Below are positions 36,067 through 44,788 of a DNA stretch of 64,000 nucleotides, piece by piece. The stretch's first letter is position 1. Every line of letters begins with the position of its first letter. Below the pieces are notes generated by a model, which worked only from the letters and a program-made list of their open reading frames with translations, made no database searches and was not told the origin of the DNA. This stretch comes from an uncultured Verrucomicrobiota bacterium (GTDB lineage: Bacteria; Verrucomicrobiota; Kiritimatiellia; JAAZAB01). Where the stretch lies: assembly GCA_964650945.1 (NCBI GenBank), contig CAZYXU010000002.1:22105-86104 (forward strand), given 5' to 3'. A program made the translations under genes and the position numbers.

Positions 36067-37254
36067 TTAATCCGGAAAACTATAGCGCAATTCCGTTTTG
36101 AGCACCATGCGCATGCCTGGCAACTCCGCCTGGAAACGGGCGCGCACATCTTGCAGCAACGCCGCATGCGCGGCCGGCAGGAGCGGCGCGGCCAGCACCA
36201 GGTCGCAAATCACGTTGCACCGGCGCGTCCCCCGGCCGACGACGCGCAAATCGTGAAAAGAGTGCAGGCGCGGATCGGCGGCCACGATGTTTTTCAACGC
36301 CTGTGCGATTTCCGGATATCGGGGATGGTTTTTATTAACCGGATCGGCATGCGCGATGATGGTGCCGCCCAAAGCCGCCGTCAGTTTGTCCTCGACGTCC
36401 TCGGCGATACTGTGGGCATCGGATGCGCTTAAATTGTCGGCAATCTCCACGTGGAGCGAGAGCAGCTTGTTCTGGCCATACTGGTGCACGATGATATCGT
36501 GCACCGCCTGTACGCCCGGCTGGGCGGACGCCAGTTGCTCGATCCGCCGGATCAGTTCCGGGTCCGGCGCCTCGCCCAGCAGCGGGCTGACCGCGTCCCA
36601 CAAAAGGCGCCAGGCAGTGTGGATGATCACGAGCGACACCCCCACCCCCATGATGCCATCCAGGCGCTGCACGCCGAACCGTGCGGCCGCCAGCGCCACC
36701 ACCACCATGGCGGTGGCCAGCACGTCCGAACGGTGATGCAGGCCGTCGGCGATCAGGGCCTTGGAATCGATGAGGCGGCCCAGTTCCAAAGCGAATTGCG
36801 CCAGCCATTCCTTGACCAGAATCGTCAGCAGGATCACGCCGATCAGCCACCAGGACATCACGGCCGCCTGCGGGTGCAGGATCGCGCGCACCGAACTTTC
36901 GAGGAGATCCACGCACACGCCGAACAGCAACACCGCCACAATCAGCGTCGTAACAGCTTCCCAGTTGCCGTGACCAAAGGGATGCCGCCGGTCGGAAGGA
37001 CGGCGCGACATATAAAATCCCGCAATGACGACCACGGATGTGACGGAATCGGAAATGGTGTGGATGGCATCGGCAATCAGCGCCACGCTGCCGCTGGCCA
37101 CGCCCAAGGCGATTTTCAAGGCAAAGAGCGCAGTATTCACCGCGATGCTGACCCATCCTTCCAGGGCGCCGTAGCGCATGCGCACCAGCGGGTCATTGAT
37201 CGCAGTGTGATCTTTAATCAAGAGTTGCGCCAGCCGGCGGTGGAATGTTCGCAT
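36067..37254 (-). CDS. Cation diffusion facilitator family transporter (third CDF in window)
   Basis: CDF TM signature (IADAIHTISDSVTS, HPFGHGNWEA) and a C-terminal domain. Confidence 0.8.
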   Translation of the reverse strand: MRTFHRRLAQLLIKDHTAINDPLVRMRYGALEGWVSIAVNTALFALKIALGVASGSVALIADAIHTISDSVTSVVVIAGFYMSRRPSDRRHPFGHGNWEAVTTLIVAVLLFGVCVDLLESSVRAILHPQAAVMSWWLIGVILLTILVKEWLAQFALELGRLIDSKALIADGLHHRSDVLATAMVVVALAAARFGVQRLDGIMGVGVSLVIIHTAWRLLWDAVSPLLGEAPDPELIRRIEQLASAQPGVQAVHDIIVHQYGQNKLLSLHVEIADNLSASDAHSIAEDVEDKLTAALGGTIIAHADPVNKNHPRYPEIAQALKNIVAADPRLHSFHDLRVVGRGTRRCNVICDLVLAAPLLPAAHAALLQDVRARFQAELPGMRMVLKTELRYSFPD

Positions 37255-37326
37255 GCATTGGTCTCCTGACGCGGATTGCCGGTTCGGCTTGGTCCGGCGG
37301 ACGCAACCCGCGCGCTCCCGGGCGGA

Positions 37327-38295
37327 TCAGCGCGGCTCCCACCGCCAGAACAGACCGAGGGCTCCGCAAAGCAAGGCCGCGATGTACAACCCGGCATAAA
37401 CGGCCGCCGCCGCGACATATGCCCCCGCGATCGTCCCGCCGCCGGCCAGCGATTCCACCGCCCAGAAATCCTGCCAAGCCGGCAACAGGCGGATCAAGCC
37501 GGCCGGGCCCGGGCCGCCCGGAGCGCGCCGCGCCAAATAGTCAACCAGCGCGCCGGCCCCTAGCACGGCCAGATAGGCGCAAGCAGCCAGGTGGATGGGC
37601 CACCGCACCGTCAGCAAACATGTCAGCGCGGTCAAGACCAGCAAAGCCATGGCAATCAGGGCGCCGGCCGGCAAAAGCCGCCAGGCGATGAACTCCCCCA
37701 AGCGGCAGACGCCCCCGTCGGGATGCGCGAACCCGGCCGCAGCCAACGCCAGCAGCATGGCGGGCAGCAGCGCCACCATGGCCGCTCCGGCAAAGGAAGC
37801 CCGCCAGCGGAAGTTCAGCCCGCCGGCGCAGAGCGCCGCGCCGGCCACGGCGGCGGCAACAGCCAAAAGCAACTGGGCATCAAACCCGGGAGCGTGCAAC
37901 CCGATGCGTTCCGCGAGTAAAACGCCCCCCATCGCTATCAGGCTATGCCAAAGCACCAATGCCGCCAAACCCGCATAACGCCCGAGCAGCAGGGCTGCGC
38001 GGCCGGCGGGGGTGCAGATTGTCAGCGCCATGACACCGGCGGAGGACGGATCATAAGCGGCGGCGGCCGGGGCGGCCAGGGCCAGAAAAATCCCGCTCAC
38101 GGCGAACAGCGCCAGGGCGCCTTCGCGCGTCAGGCGGTTTTCATCCCCGAGGTTGAAAGCCACCAGGCATGGCAGCAGGAGCATCGCCGCCAGCGTCATC
38201 AGGATTAACAGCAGCCCCAACGGCCGGCGGGCGCCGACACGGACCGTATAAAGCGCCGCGCCCAAAAACTGCCGCAAGTTTCCCGGCATAATCAA
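37327..38295 (-). CDS. Polytopic membrane protein, unknown function
   Basis: 322 aa, ~8 hydrophobic helices, Ala/Leu-rich. 4-nt overlap with the upstream gene. Confidence 0.45.
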   Translation of the reverse strand: MIMPGNLRQFLGAALYTVRVGARRPLGLLLILMTLAAMLLLPCLVAFNLGDENRLTREGALALFAVSGIFLALAAPAAAAYDPSSAGVMALTICTPAGRAALLLGRYAGLAALVLWHSLIAMGGVLLAERIGLHAPGFDAQLLLAVAAAVAGAALCAGGLNFRWRASFAGAAMVALLPAMLLALAAAGFAHPDGGVCRLGEFIAWRLLPAGALIAMALLVLTALTCLLTVRWPIHLAACAYLAVLGAGALVDYLARRAPGGPGPAGLIRLLPAWQDFWAVESLAGGGTIAGAYVAAAAVYAGLYIAALLCGALGLFWRWEPR

Positions 38296-39056
38296 TCCTC
38301 CTCCTCCGCGTCGTCCGGCGGGGTGACGGCATGCGGCAGAACGGCCAGCCTATCCAGCGCGCTTTGGCGGCCAAAGTGGCAGACCAGCATGGTCCCCAGC
38401 GCCGCCGCCACGACGCCCCAGTCGCCCCATGACCGATCGATCAAGGTCATCACCGGCGAGTAGTCGGTCGGCGCATCCGCCCAAACGACCGTCCGCCCCA
38501 GCAGCGCCAGCAGTCCCAAACCGGCCAGGAGTATGGCCGCGCCCAATCCGGCGGCCCACCGGCCGGCGGCCGGACGGCCCAGGCGCCGCAGTAATTGCGC
38601 AGCCGTCAGATTCAGCAGCAGCATGGTCAACAGCAGGACCACCATCAAGGCGATATAATTGCCCATGAAAAAAGGCTCCAGCGGCCGGGACTTGTGCCAG
38701 ATAATGAACGGCGCCATGTACAATTGCGCCGCAAGCATCAGCAATAAGACGCGCGCCGGGCGCAAATCCCCGCCCGACAATTCCAGATACTCATACAGGC
38801 ATAAAACACCCCAGCCGGTCAGCAACGATCCGAATACATAGGCCGGCAAATGAATGGACAGGGAATCCAACCCCAAAAAAGCATGGGCGCTGTATAAAAG
38901 CGCTGTTGCGATTATGCCCCAGGCCGCGCCGGCAAAGCCGCGCGCCAAAAGGCAAAGCGGCGCAAACGCGGCGCCGCCGGGCGGCGGCCGGGCAAAATCA
39001 TCGGCGTTGTCATCCGTCATCGTCAAACCCCGTGTCCGTTTACCGACAGGCTTCAA
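38292..39056 (-). CDS. Polytopic membrane protein, unknown function
   Basis: 254 aa, ~6 TM, acidic C-terminus. 4-nt overlap with the TauE gene. Confidence 0.45.
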   Translation of the reverse strand: MKPVGKRTRGLTMTDDNADDFARPPPGGAAFAPLCLLARGFAGAAWGIIATALLYSAHAFLGLDSLSIHLPAYVFGSLLTGWGVLCLYEYLELSGGDLRPARVLLLMLAAQLYMAPFIIWHKSRPLEPFFMGNYIALMVVLLLTMLLLNLTAAQLLRRLGRPAAGRWAAGLGAAILLAGLGLLALLGRTVVWADAPTDYSPVMTLIDRSWGDWGVVAAALGTMLVCHFGRQSALDRLAVLPHAVTPPDDAEEED

Positions 39057-39787
39057 TCAAACAACATCCGCAATGCCGCCGCGGCCGCCAGCACCAAAAC
39101 CATGCGCCGGAAGAAGGGCAACGAAATGCGCTGTAAAACCACGCGCCCGAGCAAGGCGCCCGCCACGACGGCCGGGGCGCAGGCCAGATCGAATAACAAT
39201 GTCTGGCGGTCAATCATTCCGAGCAGGCAATATAGCGGAATTTTGACGCAGTTGAAAATAAAAAAATACCAGGCCGCCGTGCTCATGAAACGTAATTTAT
39301 CAAGGCCTTTGCTGATCAGGTAAATATTCATGATGGGGCCGGCAACGTTGCCGACGGTGGTGGCAAACCCGGCCAGGGTTCCCATGCCGACCACAAACCA
39401 TGGCCGCTGCGGAAAATTCCGCCACCCCAGCCTCTGGCGCGCCCACTCCAGCGCCGTCAACGCCAGGATCAGGGCGCCCAGCAAGGGCTTCAACTGCACG
39501 TCATCCATCATACGCAGGAAGGCAAAGCCGGCGGCAATGCCCAGCACGACGCAGGGAAACAGTTCCCATAACCGCGGCCATTCCGCGTTGCGCCAGTAAT
39601 AACCGAGGGCGAACAGGTCGCCTAAAATCAGCAGCGGCAGGATGGCGCCCACGGCCATGCGGGCGGGGAAAACTTCCGTCAGCAAGGCCACCGCCAAAAC
39701 GCCGATGCCCGGCACGCCGGTCTTGGCCAGGCCGGCCAGGCAGCCTGCCGCCAGGCCCAGTAACCATGCCGCTGTTCCATCCGGCAT
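39053..39787 (-). CDS. TauE/SafE (DUF81) family sulfite/anion exporter
   Basis: 244 aa with the internal two-fold repeat and Gly-rich TM of TauE family proteins. Confidence 0.7.
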   Translation of the reverse strand: MPDGTAAWLLGLAAGCLAGLAKTGVPGIGVLAVALLTEVFPARMAVGAILPLLILGDLFALGYYWRNAEWPRLWELFPCVVLGIAAGFAFLRMMDDVQLKPLLGALILALTALEWARQRLGWRNFPQRPWFVVGMGTLAGFATTVGNVAGPIMNIYLISKGLDKLRFMSTAAWYFFIFNCVKIPLYCLLGMIDRQTLLFDLACAPAVVAGALLGRVVLQRISLPFFRRMVLVLAAAAALRMLFD

Positions 39788-40795
39788 CTAAACCCCCCAA
39801 TCCTGCACCAGCCAGTAAAACACCGGCACGGTCAGCATGCTTAAAACCGTTGACCAGAAAATTGCGCGGGCGCTCAGCAGGTTGTCGCCGCCAAACCGCT
39901 CGGTCATGATGCTCGCGCTGATGGCCACGGGCATGGCGGCGATCAGGTAACAGGTCAGGCGCGTGGCAGCGGGAATCCGGATATCCAAACGCGCCAGCAG
40001 CCATGCGGCCGCCACCGTCAACAGCGGCGCCGCGGCCAGGCGCACCGCCAGCACGGCCGCCAGTTCACCGGGACGCTGGCGCGGCGACTCCGCCGGCATC
40101 GCGCCCAATTGCGCGCCGGTGATCAACAGCGACAGGGGGATGGTCAGCCCGCCCAGCATGGACATGGCCTGAATCAGCGCCGCCGCCGCGAAATGGTGCG
40201 GCGGCATGGGCGCCAGGCCGGCCGATTCCAGCGTACGCGCCGGCGGCCAGAGCAAGGCCAGCACGATGCCGGCGGCGGTGGCCAGCAAGCCGGGATTTTT
40301 CAGAAGGTTTTTCAACGCCCGCAGGTTCGGCGCCGCGCCCTGGAGGGTCCAGACGCCCAACGACCACAAGGTCAATTGCGCGCCGACGTTAAAGAGGAGG
40401 ACATCGCGCACGCCGGCATCGCCGAACAGGGCCGCCACGATCGGCAGCGGCAGAAAAATCCAGTTGGGCAAACCCGCCAGGAAAACCACCGTCGGCAGCC
40501 GGGCACGGGAGCAAAACCATGGAAGGATGCCCCACCCCGCCAGCCCGGCCAGCAGCATGACGCCGCCTCCCAGCAGCGGCACAAACCATCCCTGGCGTAA
40601 AATGTCCGCATCCACCGAGCGCAACATCTGGGTCAAAACCATGCAGGGAAAAACGATATCCACCACCAGGCGGCTCAAAATGCTGGTCAGGCCCGCATTC
40701 ATGTAAGCCCGGCGCCGGGCGAACCAGCCGACAGCCATCACCAGGAACATGGCGGCAATTTTTAACAGCACTACCAGATAATCAGGCATAGCCAT
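39788..40795 (-). CDS. AEC (auxin efflux carrier) family transporter
   Basis: Start MAMPDYLVVLLKIAAMFL at 40795. ~10 TM with the 5+5 AEC layout. The track ORF has a spurious Arg-rich N-terminal extension. Confidence 0.7.
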   Translation of the reverse strand: MAMPDYLVVLLKIAAMFLVMAVGWFARRRAYMNAGLTSILSRLVVDIVFPCMVLTQMLRSVDADILRQGWFVPLLGGGVMLLAGLAGWGILPWFCSRARLPTVVFLAGLPNWIFLPLPIVAALFGDAGVRDVLLFNVGAQLTLWSLGVWTLQGAAPNLRALKNLLKNPGLLATAAGIVLALLWPPARTLESAGLAPMPPHHFAAAALIQAMSMLGGLTIPLSLLITGAQLGAMPAESPRQRPGELAAVLAVRLAAAPLLTVAAAWLLARLDIRIPAATRLTCYLIAAMPVAISASIMTERFGGDNLLSARAIFWSTVLSMLTVPVFYWLVQDWGV

Positions 40796-41714
40796 TGCCG
40801 CCAGGCGCCATGTAAAACCGCCGCCCTTCGCATTCCCGGGTGAGCACCTGGCCGTCCTGGCGCATCTTTTCCAATTGCCGGACGGCAACCGCCAGGGCGA
40901 TGCCCAGGCCGGCGGCAACATCTTCCGCCGTGCCGGGATGCCGCTGCAGCATTGCCAGAATCTCCGCCGCCGCCGCCGTCCGCGCCGCCGGCGCCTCCGC
41001 CTGGCGGTAATCGGCAATCACTTCCGCCGGCGGCCGGAAGCGGCGGGCAATTTCCTGCAAGCGGCCGGGCGGCACCGGCAGCATGCCGGCATCCGCCGGC
41101 GGGCGCGCGACCGTATTTAGTTGCACCCGGTCGGGCGCAATCCGCGCCGCCCAGTCCTGGAGGGCGGCAAGACTTTCCGGGCCGTCATTGAGCCCCTGTA
41201 CCAGGAATATTTCCAGCCAATACTGGCGATGATAATCCCGGCGGAAATCCACCAGGCCTTGCGCCATGCGTTCAAAATCGATTTCCGGCGCCGGGCGATT
41301 GATGCGTTGAAAGGTGGCGGCATCGCCGGCATCCAGGGACGGCGCCACCAAATCCGCCGGCAGGAGTTCCCCGCGCACGTCCGCGCGCCAGAGCAACGCC
41401 CCGTTGGTGATCACCGCCACCGGAATATCGGTCAGGGATTTGATGCCGGCGATCAAATCGTCCAGGCCGGCATAGAGGGTCGGTTCCCCCGAGCCGCCCA
41501 TGGTAATGTAATCCGGGGCGGAGGACAGGCGGGGCTCCAGCTCCCGCAAAATATCCGCCGCGGGCAGCCATTGCCGGCGCTCGATGGTGCAGCGGGGGGT
41601 GCGGCCGATCTGGCAGTAGACGCAATCATAACAGCAGGTTTTAAACGGCACCAGGTCAATGCCAAGCGAACGGCCCAGCCGCCGCGAAGGCACCGGACCA
41701 AAAATGCAACTCAT
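40782..41714 (-). CDS. Radical SAM protein with C-terminal winged-helix-like domain
   Basis: Canonical CCYDCVYC (Cx3Cx2C) cluster motif near the N-terminus. GGSGEPTL SAM-binding motif. C-terminal LAMLQRHPGTAEDVAAGLGIALAVAVRQLEKM (HTH-like). The likely start MSCIFGPV is at 41714. Confidence 0.7.
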   Translation of the reverse strand: MSCIFGPVPSRRLGRSLGIDLVPFKTCCYDCVYCQIGRTPRCTIERRQWLPAADILRELEPRLSSAPDYITMGGSGEPTLYAGLDDLIAGIKSLTDIPVAVITNGALLWRADVRGELLPADLVAPSLDAGDAATFQRINRPAPEIDFERMAQGLVDFRRDYHRQYWLEIFLVQGLNDGPESLAALQDWAARIAPDRVQLNTVARPPADAGMLPVPPGRLQEIARRFRPPAEVIADYRQAEAPAARTAAAAEILAMLQRHPGTAEDVAAGLGIALAVAVRQLEKMRQDGQVLTRECEGRRFYMAPGGNGYA

Positions 41715-41733
41715 GCCCATCCCCCATCGGCCA

Positions 41734-42909
41734 TCACATGCCGACAATTTCACCCATCTTGAAAATCGGCAGGAACATGGAAATGACGATGCCGCCGATC
41801 ACCACGCCCAGGAAAACCATCAGCAACGGCTCGATCATGGCGGTCAAACTATCCAGCATGGCTTCGACTTCATCGTCATAGAAATCCGCGATATTCTGCA
41901 TCATCTCGTCGATTTTGCCGGTTTTTTCGCCGGCGGCCAGCATATGCACCAGCAGTTTCGGAAAACAGCGGTGTTTGATCAGGGCGGACGAAAGCGGATC
42001 GCCCTGTTCAACCGTGAGCCGCGCGTTTAACACCACTTTTTCAAAAACCTTGTTGCCGGTGGCCCCGGAAACAATCTCCAAAGCGCCTAAGATCGGCACA
42101 CCGCTCCGCAGCAATTGTGCAAAGGTGCGGGCGAAACGGCTGGTGGCGACCTTGCGGTTCAATTCGCCGATCACGGGGAAATTCAAGGCAAACACCGCCA
42201 ACTGGTAGGCGCCGGCCGGCGTCTTGGACCATTTACGTAAGCCGAACACCGCCGCCGCCAGCAGGATCACTATATAAATGCCGTAAGCCCGCAAGGTATG
42301 GCTCAAATCCACCATAAACTGGGTCAGCCCGGGCAATTTGGCGCCAAACTCGCCGAACATTTCCGCAAAAACCGGGACAATGAATAAAATCATCGCCACC
42401 GCAATGCCCAAGGCTATGCACAGCACGATGACCGGATAACTCATGGCCGACTTGACCTTGCGGACCAGCTTGGCGGAAGCCTCCAGGAAGGTGGCCAGGC
42501 GGCCGGCGGTTTCCCCCAACTGCCCGCCCGATTCGCCGGCCCGGATCATGTTGACGTACAATTGATCGAAAACTGTCGGAAAATGCGCCAGCGACTCCGC
42601 GAAGGAAGCCCCGGCTTGCAGGTGATTTTTCAAACCCAAAATCACCATTTTTAAATTTTTATCCATGGCCTGGTCTTCCAGCGCGTCCAACGATTGGATC
42701 AGGGGCATCCCGGCCAGCAACATGGCGGATAACTGGCGGGAGAAAGCCGGCAATTCCTTGCTGCGAATTTTCTTGGCGCCGGACACACGGACGGACCGGC
42801 TGATAATTTTCGCCGGACGGCCAGCGGGTTCGCCGGCTTGACGCGCCGTCCCGCGGGCAGCCGCCGTGCCATTGTGACTTTTATTGCTGGTTGATTTAAA
42901 AACAGTCAT
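41734..42909 (-). CDS. pilC: Type IV pilus assembly / type II secretion platform protein (PilC/GspF family)
   Basis: Two GspF repeats (FSRQLSAMLLAGMPLIQSLDAL...; FARTFAQLLRSGVPILGALEIV...). Confidence 0.8.
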   Translation of the reverse strand: MTVFKSTSNKSHNGTAAARGTARQAGEPAGRPAKIISRSVRVSGAKKIRSKELPAFSRQLSAMLLAGMPLIQSLDALEDQAMDKNLKMVILGLKNHLQAGASFAESLAHFPTVFDQLYVNMIRAGESGGQLGETAGRLATFLEASAKLVRKVKSAMSYPVIVLCIALGIAVAMILFIVPVFAEMFGEFGAKLPGLTQFMVDLSHTLRAYGIYIVILLAAAVFGLRKWSKTPAGAYQLAVFALNFPVIGELNRKVATSRFARTFAQLLRSGVPILGALEIVSGATGNKVFEKVVLNARLTVEQGDPLSSALIKHRCFPKLLVHMLAAGEKTGKIDEMMQNIADFYDDEVEAMLDSLTAMIEPLLMVFLGVVIGGIVISMFLPIFKMGEIVGM

Positions 42910-42961
42910 AACAATTGCCGCCTATATTCATCAAAGTCTCATCGGTCCGCCGCCAGGGGCC

Positions 42962-44686
42962 TTATTCGCCGCCGCCGCCGCCGGTAACGCTCAGGATTTC
43001 CTCCAGGCTGGAAATCCCCTGCTTCACTTTCTCGAGCCCGACCATGCGCAAGGTCAGCATGCCGTTGGCCACGGCTTGTTCCGTCAATGCGCCGGAATTG
43101 GCATTAGCCAGAATCAACTGGCGGATGGCATCATCGACAATCAGAACTTCCATCAGCGAACTGCGCGACTTGAATCCGGTGTTCGAGCATTTGGAACAGC
43201 CCGCCGCCGCATACAGTTGGGCGCCCTCTAAAAGCGCGGGATCGAGGCTGTTGATGCGGAGATAGTCCGGCGAAATCGTGGCCGGCTTTTTACAGGCCGG
43301 GCATAATTTCTTGAACAGCCGCTGGGCTTGGGCCATGATGATGGACGAAGCCAGCAAAAAAGCCTCCAAGCCCATGTCCCGCATCCGGGTGATCGCGCCG
43401 GCGGCATCGTTCGTGTGGAGCGTGCTCAAGACCAAGTGTCCGGTCAAGGCCGCCTTGACCGCGATGGCCGCCGTTTCCTGGTCGCGGATTTCTCCCACCA
43501 TGACGATATCGGGATCCTGGCGCAGGATGGCGCGCAAGGCATTGGCGAAAGTCAGGCCCACATCCTCGTTGATCTGCACCTGGTTGATGCCCGCCAACTG
43601 GTATTCCACCGGGTCCTCGGTGGTCACGATATTGACATTCGGCCGGTTCAGGTCCTGCAAGCAGGAATACAGCGTGGTGGTCTTGCCGCTGCCGGTCGGA
43701 CCGGTCACCAGGATGATGCCATGCGGCTGGTTGATGGCATAAACCAGGGCCTCGTAGGCTTTCTGGTCCAACCCCAGGGCGGAGAGCGTGGGCGCCAGGT
43801 TGCTTTTGTCCAGAATACGCATGACGATTTTTTCGCCATGAATCATAGGCAAGAGGTTGACCCGCAAATCCACCTCCTTGCCCAGCGCCCGGATTTTGAA
43901 GCGCCCGTCCTGCGGGACACGCCGTTCGGCAATGTTCATGTCCGACATGATTTTGATGCGGGAGGTGATGGCTGACTGCAGGTTTTTGGGCGGACTGGGA
44001 ACTTCGTACAATTCCCCGTCAACCCGGTAACGCAGGCGCAACGCGCGTTCCATCGGCTCGATGTGGATATCGCTGGCACGCCGGCGCAAGGCTTCCACCA
44101 GGATGGAATTCACGATCCGGATGACCGGCGCGCCCTCGGCGCTTTCGAGCATTTCGTCAATGCTGACATCCTCTTTTTTATCATGGCCGACCTCGACATC
44201 ATCGCCGTCCATCATGTTTTTGAAAATGTCTTCCAAATTCGGGGAAGCCTGCTCCAGGAATTTTTGCAGCAAATCCTTGACTTCCTTTTCCGCGGCCACC
44301 AGCGGCACGATGGTCAGGCCGGTGATGGTCTGCAATTCCTCGGCCGAGCCCATATTGAAGGGATCGCCCAGCGCCACCGTCAGCACACGCCCCACCTTGG
44401 CGACGGGGACGGCCAGCAGGGTTTTCAGACGTTCCGCCGGAATCAGTTCCAGCAATTGGCTGTCAGGCGTAAAGTGCGCCAGGGTGATCGGCCGGATGCC
44501 CAGATATTCGGCAACGGCCAAGGTCAGGTTGGTCTCGGACACCAACTGTTTTGACAAAAGATATTCTTCGAGACGGCGACCTTCCCCCTTGGAAGCCTCC
44601 AACGCATTGTTCAAGGATTCGGGGTCAACCGCCTGGCGGCGCAGCAGGATCGTGGCGATTTTATTGCTGAATGATCCGCGATCCAT
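42962..44686 (-). CDS. pilB: Type IV pilus / T2SS assembly ATPase (PilB/GspE family)
   Basis: N-terminal GspII_E domain, Walker A (VTGPTGSGKTTTLYS), Asp and His boxes, and a C-terminal tetracysteine (CPACKK...CSKCSNTG). The start at 44686 has a GGAGGAG SD. Confidence 0.85.
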   Translation of the reverse strand: MDRGSFSNKIATILLRRQAVDPESLNNALEASKGEGRRLEEYLLSKQLVSETNLTLAVAEYLGIRPITLAHFTPDSQLLELIPAERLKTLLAVPVAKVGRVLTVALGDPFNMGSAEELQTITGLTIVPLVAAEKEVKDLLQKFLEQASPNLEDIFKNMMDGDDVEVGHDKKEDVSIDEMLESAEGAPVIRIVNSILVEALRRRASDIHIEPMERALRLRYRVDGELYEVPSPPKNLQSAITSRIKIMSDMNIAERRVPQDGRFKIRALGKEVDLRVNLLPMIHGEKIVMRILDKSNLAPTLSALGLDQKAYEALVYAINQPHGIILVTGPTGSGKTTTLYSCLQDLNRPNVNIVTTEDPVEYQLAGINQVQINEDVGLTFANALRAILRQDPDIVMVGEIRDQETAAIAVKAALTGHLVLSTLHTNDAAGAITRMRDMGLEAFLLASSIIMAQAQRLFKKLCPACKKPATISPDYLRINSLDPALLEGAQLYAAAGCSKCSNTGFKSRSSLMEVLIVDDAIRQLILANANSGALTEQAVANGMLTLRMVGLEKVKQGISSLEEILSVTGGGGGE

Positions 44687-44788
44687 GCAAATCTCCTCCG
44701 CCGGAATTAACAAGCCAGTCTTCCAATGTTCGCAAATATGGCATATTGCGATAATTTTGGCCAGCAAAAACTTGGGAATCCTATGGCA

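Noticed and set aside
36335-37156. 273-aa minus-strand ORF and several plus-strand ORFs inside the CDF gene (36067-37254)
   Set aside because: These are alternative-frame artefacts of a high-GC gene. The CDF frame carries the family motifs.
40796-41017. Arg-rich 74-aa N-terminal extension of the AEC transporter ORF
   Set aside because: The poly-Arg translation arises from a GC-rich frame that overlaps the radical SAM gene. The real start is MAMPDY.
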